The notes under the pieces were generated by a model, which did no database searches, had not been told where the DNA came from, and saw only the letters and a list, made by a program, of their open reading frames with translations. This document shows, piece by piece, positions 44,988 to 54,053 of a stretch of DNA of 64,000 bases. The stretch is taken from NCBI GenBank assembly GCA_964537775.1, contig CAZICQ010000015.1:5935-69934 (forward strand), written 5' to 3'. Both the position numbers and the translations under genes were made by a program. This stretch comes from an uncultured Gemmatimonadaceae bacterium. Its GTDB lineage: Bacteria; Gemmatimonadota; Gemmatimonadetes; Gemmatimonadales; Gemmatimonadaceae. The stretch's first letter is position 1; each line of letters begins with the position of its first letter.

Positions 44988-45584
44988 TCATTGCGTCCAC
45001 ACCCCGATGCGCAGAGCGCCGCTGGTCGACGGACGCATGAAAAAGTTGGCGTAGTGGCCGTCGCGCGAAACACGAATGGTGTGAAGCACCGCGATGCCGC
45101 CGACGATCACCGTGAGCTCGTTCTTGGATAACGACGAGGTGCGCGACATGAAATCCATGTCGCTCACGGACCCGTTGCGGCCGATCGTGGCGTAGAAGAG
45201 TGCCGTCCCGATGCCTCCTGCCAGCATCCCCCGCTCGAACGCCGTCCCGCGCTCGTGTGGCACATCCAGGATCCCCTCGTCGAGCAGCGATTGCGCCGTG
45301 AGACCCGCGCTCGAAAACTCGAACTGCTTGCGCGGTTCGAGCTGCGAGTTGATCCCCGAGTAGATCGTTGGCCGCCCCTTGTTGAAACCAAACGACGGGC
45401 GGCCGCCGACGGCATACGCCGTGACGATGTGACCACCCTCATGTACGCCAAGACTCGTGATGACGCCTTCGGCAAACGCGCGCCAATAGCCATGCGCGCC
45501 GGCGGACCTGTCCTGAGCGGCGGCCGTGCTCACCACGACGGTAGCTGCGAACCACGACAGAAAGAACAGACGGGAAGCGTGCAT
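44988..45584 (-). CDS. Secreted/membrane protein with an HExxH motif (possible small zinc metallopeptidase)
   Basis: ATG at 45584 (MHASRLFFLSWFAATVVVSTAAAQ signal). The GVHEGGHIVTAYAVGG motif is present. In frame with track ORF 44988..45623. Confidence 0.6.
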   Translation of the reverse strand: MHASRLFFLSWFAATVVVSTAAAQDRSAGAHGYWRAFAEGVITSLGVHEGGHIVTAYAVGGRPSFGFNKGRPTIYSGINSQLEPRKQFEFSSAGLTAQSLLDEGILDVPHERGTAFERGMLAGGIGTALFYATIGRNGSVSDMDFMSRTSSLSKNELTVIVGGIAVLHTIRVSRDGHYANFFMRPSTSGALRIGVWTQ

Positions 45585-45688
45585 GACGAGCAATTTACAC
45601 AGCGGACCGCAGCGCTCGAGCAACTGCTAACCGGCATTCCCGAGATGGTGTATCTTCAAGGAGCGTCACCCCTCTCCCGTCCCTCCCC

Positions 45689-45976
45689 ATGCAACGAAAG
45701 CTCTCCGATCTCGAGATACAACGAGCGTTGGGTACGCTCAGCGGCTGGTCCCGTCGCGGCGACACACTCGTGAAGACCTACATATTTAACCGATTCGCGG
45801 ACGGCATCGCCTTCGTCAACCGGATCGCGAAAGTCGCCGACCAGATGGATCACCATCCCGATATCGATATTCGCTACACGAAGATCACCTGCACACTCTC
45901 GTCGCATGACGTGGGTGGCATCACCGAGCGGGATCTCAAGTTGGCCGAGGCGATGGAGAAAGTGGTGAACGGCTGA
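45689..45976 (+). CDS. Pterin-4-alpha-carbinolamine dehydratase (PCD/DCoH)
   Basis: 95 aa. Family signature FVNRIAKVADQMDHHPDIDIRYTKITCTLSSHDVGGIT. Confidence 0.88.
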   Translation: MQRKLSDLEIQRALGTLSGWSRRGDTLVKTYIFNRFADGIAFVNRIAKVADQMDHHPDIDIRYTKITCTLSSHDVGGITERDLKLAEAMEKVVNG

Positions 45977-45989
45977 GCCGTTCCCGCGC

Positions 45990-46727
45990 TCACAGGCCCT
46001 CGAGCAGGTCCTGAATCATCGGGTGCGGCTGCGGTTCGCCCGCCGCGAGCGCGAACAGCTCCGCGCCTTTGTCGGCCTGCTCGAACCGCGGCAGCAGCGA
46101 ACGCTGCGTGACGTGCGCCAGGAAGGCGTCGCGCTTCACCCGTCTGGCCTGCTCGCTCGCCACGAGGGCGGCGGTTGGCGCGACGCTGAGCGCCGTCAGC
46201 TCCTCGTTTGGCGCCGGCGGTTCCCAGGCACAGTAGAAGAGCCGAACAGGTCGGTGCGGCGACAGCCCGTTTTCGTGGAGCTGCTCGGGATACTGCGTTG
46301 CCAGCCCGGAGAGAAAGAACGCCGCCGTCGCCGCTCTCGATATCGCGCGATGATCGCGATGACTGTTGCGTCCCCCTTCCGGACCGAACGTCACCACGAC
46401 GTCCGGACGCCACGTCCGGAACGCTCGGACGATCTCGCCAACGAGCACGTCCGCATCCACGGCGGAGAGCGCGCTGTCCGGATGACCAGGCATTTCCCAC
46501 GCGTCGATTCCGAGCAGACGCGCCGCCGAGACCAGCTCGTTGCGCCGGAGAGCACCCAGCTGCTCTCGGGACTCCACCGGCACATCCGAGCTGGTACCGG
46601 CATCGCCGTTCGTTGCGCAGAACAGGCGGCAGGTGACCCCCGCGGCGGCGTACGACGCGATCGTTGCGCCAACGGCGAAGCTCTCGTCGTCGGGATGTGC
46701 GAATGCGAATGCAATCGAACGACTCAT
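45990..46727 (-). CDS. PIG-L/LmbE-family deacetylase
   Basis: AFAHPDDESF N-terminal zinc motif and HRDHRA. 245 aa. Confidence 0.85.
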   Translation of the reverse strand: MSRSIAFAFAHPDDESFAVGATIASYAAAGVTCRLFCATNGDAGTSSDVPVESREQLGALRRNELVSAARLLGIDAWEMPGHPDSALSAVDADVLVGEIVRAFRTWRPDVVVTFGPEGGRNSHRDHRAISRAATAAFFLSGLATQYPEQLHENGLSPHRPVRLFYCAWEPPAPNEELTALSVAPTAALVASEQARRVKRDAFLAHVTQRSLLPRFEQADKGAELFALAAGEPQPHPMIQDLLEGL

Positions 46728-46748
46728 TGCCCGTAGCGGCTATGTGCG

Positions 46749-46775
46749 GACGGCCGCTCTCACCGAGCGGCCGTC
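46749..46775 (-). terminator. Perfect 11-bp GC-rich hairpin downstream of the BI-1 gene (terminator-like, no clear U-tract)
   Basis: gacggccgctc-tcacc-gagcggccgtc, located 33 nt past the stop at 46808-46810 on the minus strand. Confidence 0.45.
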
Positions 46776-46807
46776 TGCGTCGCCGTGAAGATTGTCGAGC
46801 CGACGCG

Positions 46808-47503
46808 CTAGCTGCTGCGGCGTCCGCCGCCGAGTAGGCTCACGATCGCCAGAAAGATGTTCAGAAGGTCGAGATAGATCTGCACCGCCGCGACGACGTA
46901 GTCATCCTCGCCGTACGCGCCGGAGCGCACGATACGCCATGTGTCGAACACGAGCAGACCGCTGAACACCACCAGCACGCCCGCGGCGATCCACAGCGAC
47001 GCCGCTGGATTCCGGAAGAACATGTTGAGCAGCATCGTCCCGAGCAGCACGAACAGGCCGATGGTGAAGAAGCTGCCCCAGGCGCTGAAGTCGCGGCGGC
47101 TGAAGACCGCGAACAGCGACAGCACGCCAAACGTCGACAACGTCAACAGCGCCGCTTGGCCCACGATGCCCGGTTGCGTGCGGCTGTACAGCAGAATCAG
47201 CGGCGAGAGGAAGATCCCCTCGATGAATGTGAACAGCAGCGTCAGAGCGATGTTGCGCGGGAATTCACGCGGCGCTCGCATCACGAGGAACAACGGCGCG
47301 AACAGGCAGAGCATCGCGATAATGGGGTGCATCCACACCGCGCTCATGAGCGCCGGCTGCGTGAAGGCGAATGCGGTGCCGAGCATCGTGACGATGATGC
47401 TCACGAACACCAGACCGTACGTGCGCCGCACCAGCGTGGCGCGTTCGGCCCCGGTGCGAATTGGAAGGGCAGCAGTCGAGTACAGATTGCCCGAGAAACC
47501 CAT
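46808..47503 (-). CDS. Bax inhibitor-1 / YccA-family membrane protein
   Basis: 231 aa with 7 TM helices. N-terminal RTYGLVFVSIIVTMLGTAF and C-terminal YLDLLNIFLAIVSLLG are typical of BI-1 proteins. Confidence 0.85.
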   Translation of the reverse strand: MGFSGNLYSTAALPIRTGAERATLVRRTYGLVFVSIIVTMLGTAFAFTQPALMSAVWMHPIIAMLCLFAPLFLVMRAPREFPRNIALTLLFTFIEGIFLSPLILLYSRTQPGIVGQAALLTLSTFGVLSLFAVFSRRDFSAWGSFFTIGLFVLLGTMLLNMFFRNPAASLWIAAGVLVVFSGLLVFDTWRIVRSGAYGEDDYVVAAVQIYLDLLNIFLAIVSLLGGGRRSS

Positions 47504-47546
47504 GACGAACCAAGCTCCGGTTGGGGGGAACAGTGAATAATACCCG

Positions 47547-47570
47547 AAAATGGCGGCGGGGAGCCATTCC
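47547..47570 (-). terminator. Hairpin plus U-run downstream of the last DUF4097 gene (putative intrinsic terminator)
   Basis: The minus-sense RNA GGAAUGGC-UCCCCGCC-GCCAUUUUC is followed by GGGUAUUAUU. It lies 40-60 nt past the stop at 47609. Confidence 0.4.
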
Positions 47571-47608
47571 GCGAGCGGCGTCGTTCGAGGGGATCTCCCG
47601 CAGGGGTG

Positions 47609-48421
47609 TTAGCTCTTCTTCAACATTACGCTTCCGTTCACGGTCTGGAGCGACACCGTTCGGTTTGCCGTTCCCAGGCTGCCACGCACCGTGCGAGCGT
47701 CCGGGCGGATGGACGTCCCGAGCGGGAAATCACTCTCCACCCGGCCGGTTACCGTTGCCAGGATGACAGAACCCTGCAGCGTCTGGGGAAATGCCACGGA
47801 GACCGAGCCGTTCACGGTCGCAAAGCGATACGGTCCGTCGCTGTTCACCGAATCCACGGATGCAGTGATGCTTCCGTTCACCGTCTCCAGGCGCAGAGCG
47901 CCGCCGGCGGTATGGGCCGTGATGCTGCCATTGACGAGCTTCGCCACGACGTCCGTGCTTGCTCCCGTAATGTCGGCCGCTCCGTTCATCGACAGGACGT
48001 CCACAGCCACTCCTGACGGCAGGGCGACGGTGAAATCCACGCGCATGTCGGTGTTGTGCCGGCGGAGGCTGAAGATCCGCCAAATCGAGCCGTGACCGGT
48101 GCTGTATCCGCGATCGTCGCACCGGCCGCCCGAGCCCCACAGCGCGCACACGTACACGTCGTTTCCGATGCGATTCGTCACGAAGTGAACGTCGTTCTCC
48201 CGTCCGCGGCTCCAGTGCTTGGAGGCGCTCACCTGCGCCACCGTGCCTGTCGCCCGCGTCACGTGCACGTCACCGTTCAAATCACGGACGTACAGCCTGC
48301 TACCGGGAGGCAATGGCTGCGACCAGTGGAATGCATCTGCCACCACATGCGGCTCGCGATGCCGGCACGCGGTGACGGCGAGAAGCGCCACGGCCACCGC
48401 CAGCCATTCGTACTTTCGCAT
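47609..48421 (-). CDS. DUF4097-family beta-rich lipoprotein (paralog 1)
   Basis: Lipobox LLAVTAC. Repeated (T/S)VNGS(I/V) strands. Cys pair VCALWGSGGRCDD. Confidence 0.8.
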   Translation of the reverse strand: MRKYEWLAVAVALLAVTACRHREPHVVADAFHWSQPLPPGSRLYVRDLNGDVHVTRATGTVAQVSASKHWSRGRENDVHFVTNRIGNDVYVCALWGSGGRCDDRGYSTGHGSIWRIFSLRRHNTDMRVDFTVALPSGVAVDVLSMNGAADITGASTDVVAKLVNGSITAHTAGGALRLETVNGSITASVDSVNSDGPYRFATVNGSVSVAFPQTLQGSVILATVTGRVESDFPLGTSIRPDARTVRGSLGTANRTVSLQTVNGSVMLKKS

Positions 48422-48510
48422 GTCCTCTCCAGTTGCTGGTGCGCGCTCCCGCGCCCACGGTCTCGAATACCATCAGAGAGTACATACGGACGAACGACGC
48501 CGGCGTTTCG

Positions 48511-49314
48511 TCAACCGCGGCGGCGCAGCTCCACGCTCCCGTTCACCGTCGACAGCTTGATGCGGGGACCGCCTTTGCCGATCCGCGCCCTGAGGTTCCT
48601 GGGATCGAGCCGGCCATTCACGGTGACCTGGTAGTCCGTGTAGAAGCGACCATTGACGGTGCTCAACTCCACGTCGGCGTCGAGATCGCCGGCAAATTCC
48701 GCGACGACGCTGCCGTTCACCGTGGAGAGCCTCAGATCGTCCTGCAGTGGAAAGCGACCCATGCTGGCCCGCACGTCGCCATTCACGCTCGACGCGGTCA
48801 CCGGGCCTCCACTCGACGTCGCATCCACCGACCCATTCACCGTCGACGCATCCACCACGGACGTGGCGCCGCTCACCCGCACTTCGCCGTTCACCGTGCT
48901 CACACCCACGTTCACACCGTGCGGCACGGTCACGCGAAACTCCACACTGGTGTCGTTGTTGCGCGAGCGGTGGGAGTGGTGATCCTCGTCGTCCTCGTCG
49001 CAGCTCGTCCGGTCACCCCAGAGCGCGCAGATGAGCACATCCTGCCGCCCCGGCCCGGTCTGTTGCGTATCGAAGTGCACTTCATCCGGATTGCCGCGGC
49101 GCCAGTGCTTCGTGGCTGTCACTTGCACCTTGTCGCCGCTTCCTTGGGTGACGGTGATCTCGCCGTTGACGTTGCGAATTCGAATCCAGCGCCCTTCGGG
49201 GATGCGGCCTTCCCATGTGAATCGATCGCTGGATTGCTGGGCGCCGGCTGTCCGTGCCGGTGCAGCATGGCCGACGATCGCGAGGCCGAGAGCAACGTGT
49301 AGGAATCGCTTCAT
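48511..49314 (-). CDS. DUF4097-family secreted protein (paralog 2)
   Basis: Signal peptide. STVNGxV repeats. Cys pair ICALWGDRTSCDEDDEDHH. Its ATG overlaps the upstream stop (ATGA at 49311-49314). Confidence 0.8.
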   Translation of the reverse strand: MKRFLHVALGLAIVGHAAPARTAGAQQSSDRFTWEGRIPEGRWIRIRNVNGEITVTQGSGDKVQVTATKHWRRGNPDEVHFDTQQTGPGRQDVLICALWGDRTSCDEDDEDHHSHRSRNNDTSVEFRVTVPHGVNVGVSTVNGEVRVSGATSVVDASTVNGSVDATSSGGPVTASSVNGDVRASMGRFPLQDDLRLSTVNGSVVAEFAGDLDADVELSTVNGRFYTDYQVTVNGRLDPRNLRARIGKGGPRIKLSTVNGSVELRRRG

Positions 49315-50099
49315 CGGGACTCCTCGCTCCGGTTGGTCTTGATGCGCAAGCTGCCGCTCACGGTCGAGACGTCGAGCCGGCGGCCGCCGTTGCCAATCTT
49401 CGCGTCGATGTCGTGACGGCCGAAGCCGCCGGTCAGCGTGATGGGAAAGTCGCTGTCCAAGCGACCGCTGACGGTCCGCATCCGCAGGTCGGCGTCGAAG
49501 GATTTCGGCACGTCCAGGCTGACGCGGCCGCTGACGGTGTGGAACTCGAGATCCCCATTTCCAGTCAACGCGTCGATCTGCGCCGCGATCTCACCGCTCA
49601 CCGAGTGTGCGTTCACAGAGCTGGCCCGCAGATGTCGCAGATCGATGCTCCCGCTGACGCTGTGCGCGTCGATGTCGCCCTGCGCGCCGTCGATACCCAC
49701 ATCGCCGCTCACCGAGCTCGCCGCCACCTCCAGGTTCGACGGAACTGCGACCCGCAGATCCATGTCGCCGTAACGCCGGCCCCCCCAGTGATCACCTTCG
49801 CTGTGCAATCCGTGCTCGTCGCATTCGTCGTCGCCGCGCAGCACGCAGACGTCGATGCCGTTCCGTCCTTCGTGGACTTCGGCCCGAAGGTCGTCATCGG
49901 AGCGGTTCCGCGTCTTGAAGCCGCTTACTTCGACCTTGCCGCTGGTTGAAGGCACGACCTCGATGTTGCCGCTGATGTTGTGAATGCGCACGTGATTGCC
50001 GGCCGGCAACGCCTTTTCCCAATGAAAGTCGGGTTGCCGATTCTGTGCGTCCGCGCTGGCAAACGCCGCGAATGCGCCGATCAGGAGAAGTTTGTGCAT
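49311..50099 (-). CDS. DUF4097-family secreted protein (paralog 3)
   Basis: ATG at 50099 (MHKLLLIGAFAAFASADAQ). (H/S)SVSG(D/E/S) repeats. Cys pair VCVLRGDDECDEHG. Confidence 0.8.
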   Translation of the reverse strand: MHKLLLIGAFAAFASADAQNRQPDFHWEKALPAGNHVRIHNISGNIEVVPSTSGKVEVSGFKTRNRSDDDLRAEVHEGRNGIDVCVLRGDDECDEHGLHSEGDHWGGRRYGDMDLRVAVPSNLEVAASSVSGDVGIDGAQGDIDAHSVSGSIDLRHLRASSVNAHSVSGEIAAQIDALTGNGDLEFHTVSGRVSLDVPKSFDADLRMRTVSGRLDSDFPITLTGGFGRHDIDAKIGNGGRRLDVSTVSGSLRIKTNRSEESR

Positions 50100-50134
50100 G
50101 CGAGACTCTCGATGAAGGTGTGCGGCCACGCCGG

Positions 50135-51082
50135 TCAACGTTCGCGACCGCGTCGGGTGCCGCCCGAAGAATGAATGGTGATGTCACCGCTGAAGCTCTC
50201 GAGATTGATGCGTGCGGCGCCGGCACCGATCTCGAACGTGAACTTCTTCGACTGACCGAAACCGTGCTCGCCAGGACGGAGGGTGATCGGGAAATCGCTG
50301 TCCACGGATCCACTCCATGTCGAGACGGAGATCTGCGCGCTCGTGTTTGGCGGAACGGTGATCGAGACCTCGCCGGAATGCGCCGTCAGATCGTAGTGAC
50401 CGGCCGGATCGATCGTGCCCTCGTACGTGATGGAGCCGCTCACGGAGTGGGCGCGCACCGATTTGGATGTCGCGCCAACGAGGCCGATCTCGCCGCTCAC
50501 CGACTCGGCGTCGATGTCACCCTTGATGTTTTCCAGATGGAAGTCACCGCTGACCGTGTGCGCGGTCGCGTCGCCGTTCACGCCGCGGGCGCGCACGTCG
50601 CCGGAGAGCGAGCCCAGGTCGAGGCGCCCCACATCCTCCACCTGCACGTCGCCACTCTGCGAGTTGACTTCCACGTCGCCGCGCGTTCCACGGACGTCGA
50701 TCTCACCCGATTGTGAGTGTGCGGTGAGGTGCACGCCGTAGGGGACCGTCACCTCGAAGCGCGCCTCGCGCGACCGGTAGCCGCTCATCTCGAGCGTCAG
50801 CCGCGAGCCGCCCGTGCTGAGGCGAATATCGCCGTCCTCGCTCGTGGCGTGGATCTTCACCTGCTCCTCTGCCCAGCCGCGGACGATGATCTCGCCGCTC
50901 GGGAGGTTCAAGCTCACGTTGCCATTCTTCGGGAAGGCGACCGTGGTGTCGATGCGCGACGTGACATCGCGATCGGAGAACCGATATCTCTGCGCCGACG
51001 CCGCCGGCGCGGAGAGCGCCGTCGCGAGCGCCAGCAGCATCGCCGTGCGCAGACAGGGTCCATGTGTCATGAGGATATCCAT
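50135..51082 (-). CDS. DUF4097-family secreted protein (paralog 4, lacks the Cys pair)
   Basis: Signal peptide. Many S(Q/L/V)SG(D/E)(I/V) repeats. The start codon shares 1 nt with the anti-sigma stop. Confidence 0.8.
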   Translation of the reverse strand: MDILMTHGPCLRTAMLLALATALSAPAASAQRYRFSDRDVTSRIDTTVAFPKNGNVSLNLPSGEIIVRGWAEEQVKIHATSEDGDIRLSTGGSRLTLEMSGYRSREARFEVTVPYGVHLTAHSQSGEIDVRGTRGDVEVNSQSGDVQVEDVGRLDLGSLSGDVRARGVNGDATAHTVSGDFHLENIKGDIDAESVSGEIGLVGATSKSVRAHSVSGSITYEGTIDPAGHYDLTAHSGEVSITVPPNTSAQISVSTWSGSVDSDFPITLRPGEHGFGQSKKFTFEIGAGAARINLESFSGDITIHSSGGTRRGRER

Positions 51083-51969
51083 CAGGAGTGCGACGGCAGC
51101 TGTGCCGCCGTGCGGAGCAGCTCGACTTTTGTCTCGAGCGCGCTATTGAGGGACTGCAGCAGGAATCGGCTCGCGGGATCCTTGGCCAGTGCCGCGCGGC
51201 ACTGCATGATCGCGTCGTCGATGACCCTGAGGTTCCGCTCGATCACGGCCACTGTGGCGGTGTCGAGCGAAGAGCGGCGCTGCGCCAGAATCAGTCGCAG
51301 GCGACCGATCTCGCGGCCATAGACCTCCTCGGCCGTCGGCTTCGCTGCGGCGCGTGAGGAGACGGCGCGCACCAGCGGCCGCATGGAGCGCTCTGCCGCC
51401 GGCGCGGAGCTCCCTTCCGGATGAGCAGAAGCCGGCGCGGTGGCCGAGTTCTGCTGCGGCGGAGTGGGAGGCACCGACGTCACAGACTCCGGCTCCGTCG
51501 CCGGCTTCACGGTATTCGCCACGATTTGTTGCGGCCGCTGCACCTGCGGGCGTCCGCGCATCGCGACATAGGTCGTACCCACCGACACCACAATAAGTGC
51601 CGCCGCGGCGGCGCTCGTCCACAGCCAGCGATCGAGCTGGCGAACGGAGCGGCTGCCTCCACGCACGAGCCGCGCGTCCGCACCCTTCGCTGCAATAGCA
51701 TCCATGCGTGCAGCGCGGGTCGTCAGCTCCACAACCGGTGCCTCGATTCGCGCGGCGATTCCCGCCCACAGATCCCGTGACGGCTGCAGCGGAGGGAGAT
51801 TCGCGGCGTCTACCCGCAGCCTGCGAATGTCCGCGAGCAGCGCCCCACAGTCCAGGCAGCCGAGCGCGTGCGCTTCCATGGCAGCACCGGTGAGCTCGTC
51901 CACCTCGTGCTCCAGGAAGTCCGGCAGCCGTTCGGCGAATACGTCGCAGGTGATGGATTGTGCCGTCAT
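51082..51969 (-). CDS. Anti-sigma factor (zf-HC2 type) with a single TM helix
   Basis: The N-terminal CDVFAERLPDFLEHE...HALGCLDCGALL matches the H-x3-C-x2-C anti-sigma zinc motif. TM helix WLWTSAAAAALIVVSVGTTYVAM. Overlaps the sigma gene stop by 4 nt. Confidence 0.8.
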   Translation of the reverse strand: MTAQSITCDVFAERLPDFLEHEVDELTGAAMEAHALGCLDCGALLADIRRLRVDAANLPPLQPSRDLWAGIAARIEAPVVELTTRAARMDAIAAKGADARLVRGGSRSVRQLDRWLWTSAAAAALIVVSVGTTYVAMRGRPQVQRPQQIVANTVKPATEPESVTSVPPTPPQQNSATAPASAHPEGSSAPAAERSMRPLVRAVSSRAAAKPTAEEVYGREIGRLRLILAQRRSSLDTATVAVIERNLRVIDDAIMQCRAALAKDPASRFLLQSLNSALETKVELLRTAAQLPSHS

Positions 51970-52541
51970 CGGTTCATTGCCTCCCGCAAGAGGAGCCGTG
52001 CCCGATGCAGCTGGGCTTTGGTGGCTCCCGTAGTCACGCCGAACATCTCGGCGATCTCTTCGTGTTTGTACCCCTCGACGTCGTGCAGCACGAATACTCG
52101 TTTGGCACCCGGCGGCAGTTGCTCCATCGCGCGCTCCAGATCGAGCAGATCCCCCGGCGCGAGCGGCGATCCGATCGTGCCCGGCAGCGCATCGATCCCG
52201 TCGTCCTCCTCACCCTCCTCGAACCTCGCCCGCTGTCGTCCTTCACTCTTCCGCGCGTTCAACACCACGTTCACGGTCAATCGATGCAGCCAGGTGCCAA
52301 AGGAACTGTCGCCGCGAAAGAGATGCAGTTTTTCCCACGCCCGAACAAAGACATCCTGCGTCAGCTCCTCTGCGCGCGCACGATCTGAAACCATCCGCAC
52401 ACAGAGACTGAAGACCCGGTTCACGTGCTGCCGATAGACCCGCTCGAACGCGCGGCGGTCGCCCGCGGCGGCAAGCGCCACGTCGGAGTCGCCGTTGCCG
52501 CTAGAGGGGACGGTCGCTTCGCTGATGACCACAGCAGCCAT
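51966..52541 (-). CDS. ECF-type RNA polymerase sigma-70 factor
   Basis: I prefer the ATG at 52541. Region 2 (AFERVYRQHVNRVFSLCVRMV..AEELTQDVFVRAWEKL) and region 4 HTH (VFVLHDVEGYKHEEIAEMFGVTTGATKAQLHRAR). Confidence 0.88.
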   Translation of the reverse strand: MAAVVISEATVPSSGNGDSDVALAAAGDRRAFERVYRQHVNRVFSLCVRMVSDRARAEELTQDVFVRAWEKLHLFRGDSSFGTWLHRLTVNVVLNARKSEGRQRARFEEGEEDDGIDALPGTIGSPLAPGDLLDLERAMEQLPPGAKRVFVLHDVEGYKHEEIAEMFGVTTGATKAQLHRARLLLREAMNR

Positions 52542-52675
52542 TGGGTCCGTGAGATCCAAGTCGGTGCACTGCCTCAGATAGCTGGACGAGACGGAAGGTT
52601 TGAAGAGATGATGCCGCTCGGCTGTGCCTGCCAAGGTGAACTCGGCAGGTCACTTCGGATAGCCCGCTATTCCTT

Positions 52676-53428
52676 TCAGAGCTGCGCTCTGGGGCTCCCC
52701 GCTTCGCCACCGCGATCGTCATCGAGGGCGATCCATTCCGCGGTCGTCACCTTTCCGGCGATACCCGCGATTTCATCTAACAAGGCCGGCAGTGCACCGA
52801 TACTGTCGAGAAAATGGCGCGGACCGGAAGATACGAGCTGTTCCCGACGAAATGGCCCCCACAACGCGGCGATCGTCGTAACGCCCGCTGCATTGCCCGC
52901 CTCCATATCATGCACTGAGTCGCCGACGAATACCGCCTCCCCGGGCTCGCATCGCAAACGCCCCAAGGCAATGAAAACGGGCTCCGGGTGGGGCTTATGG
53001 CGGGAGCAGGAGTCACACCCCACGACCGTGTCGATCAAGCCGTTAATGCCAACGTGGGTAAGACCGCGGGCGGCCAGGGCATCCGATTTGGAGGTCACCA
53101 CCGCAACGGGATGCCCGCGGGCGCGCAGCACGCTCAGCGTGTCTGCCACGCCCTCGTAGGAGCGCACGAGGCGGTCGTGGTTGGCCATCTGATGCTCGCG
53201 GTAGCGGGCAATCAACTGCGCGACCTCATCCTCGCGGGCCGCATAGCAACGAAACATCGTCGCCAAAGGAATGCCGACCCCGCCCAGCCATTCTTCATCG
53301 GAGGGTCTGTGTCCCGGCCAGCTGCGGAATGCGTGACGCGCCGAGTCGAGAATGAGGTCGATGGAATCTATGAGCGTGCCGTCAAGATCGAACAGCACCG
53401 CCAGCGGGCGCGCCGCGGGAATTGTCAT
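52676..53428 (-). CDS. HAD-superfamily hydrolase (phosphoglycolate phosphatase-like)
   Basis: ATG at 53428. Motif I LFDLDGTLIDS, motif II VVTSK, motif IV VGDSVHDMEAG. Confidence 0.82.
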   Translation of the reverse strand: MTIPAARPLAVLFDLDGTLIDSIDLILDSARHAFRSWPGHRPSDEEWLGGVGIPLATMFRCYAAREDEVAQLIARYREHQMANHDRLVRSYEGVADTLSVLRARGHPVAVVTSKSDALAARGLTHVGINGLIDTVVGCDSCSRHKPHPEPVFIALGRLRCEPGEAVFVGDSVHDMEAGNAAGVTTIAALWGPFRREQLVSSGPRHFLDSIGALPALLDEIAGIAGKVTTAEWIALDDDRGGEAGSPRAQL

Positions 53429-53563
53429 GCCGCAACCTACCTTGCGGCAGCGACTTGCGAAACACGTCGGGCGCGTGGGTGCCCGTGCTTGCATAACGAT
53501 TCAGCGGCGGGCTGTTCCCGCGTGCGCCGGATCACCGTCCCGACCGTTGCCTGCGGGCGCACC

Positions 53564-54046
53564 ATGAGCGATAATATGGTGGCAGACCGACCTCGTTCTC
53601 CCTTCCTACAGGGTCTGCGAACGACAAGCGGAGGATCGCCCATGGACCATGTCTCCAGGCACGATCGCGACGCGCGTGTCGCTCGATGGATGGATCTTTT
53701 TCGCGAAGCGGCGGAACGGCCGGAATTTCAGGTGCCGTCCCCCGCAGCTCGCCCATTCGATTTCGATTTCCGTGCGCCCGACGAGAAAGCGGCGCGCGGT
53801 TTCGCGGCATGGTTGCGCGCGCACACCCGGTATGCCGTCGACGTGCATCACACGCACGCCGCCGAAAGCTCGATGGCCGTGTTCGACGGTTGGCGCGTGA
53901 GCGGCCAGACGATGCCGCTCGATCCGGCGCCGCGCCTGTTCGAGCAGTGGCTCACCTTTCTCATCGGCGCCGGCATGTCGTTAGGCTGCGAGCTCGAAGC
54001 GTGCAGCGGCATCGATCTCGGCCAGGACGTGCCGGCGGCCGCCTGA
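53564..54046 (+). CDS. Hypothetical protein (160 aa)
   Basis: ATG at 53564 in frame with track ORF 52988..54046. The upstream part of that ORF is antisense to the HAD gene. No motif recognised. Confidence 0.5.
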   Translation: MSDNMVADRPRSPFLQGLRTTSGGSPMDHVSRHDRDARVARWMDLFREAAERPEFQVPSPAARPFDFDFRAPDEKAARGFAAWLRAHTRYAVDVHHTHAAESSMAVFDGWRVSGQTMPLDPAPRLFEQWLTFLIGAGMSLGCELEACSGIDLGQDVPAAA

Positions 54047-54053
54047 CGCTCCG

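Noticed and set aside
52542-52675. Search for an autoregulated ECF-type promoter (GGAAC-N16/17-CGTC-like) upstream of the sigma gene
   Set aside because: Only weak partial matches were found (GGAAT...TGACC; AAACC...CGTCT with wrong spacing). Nothing is convincing enough to annotate.
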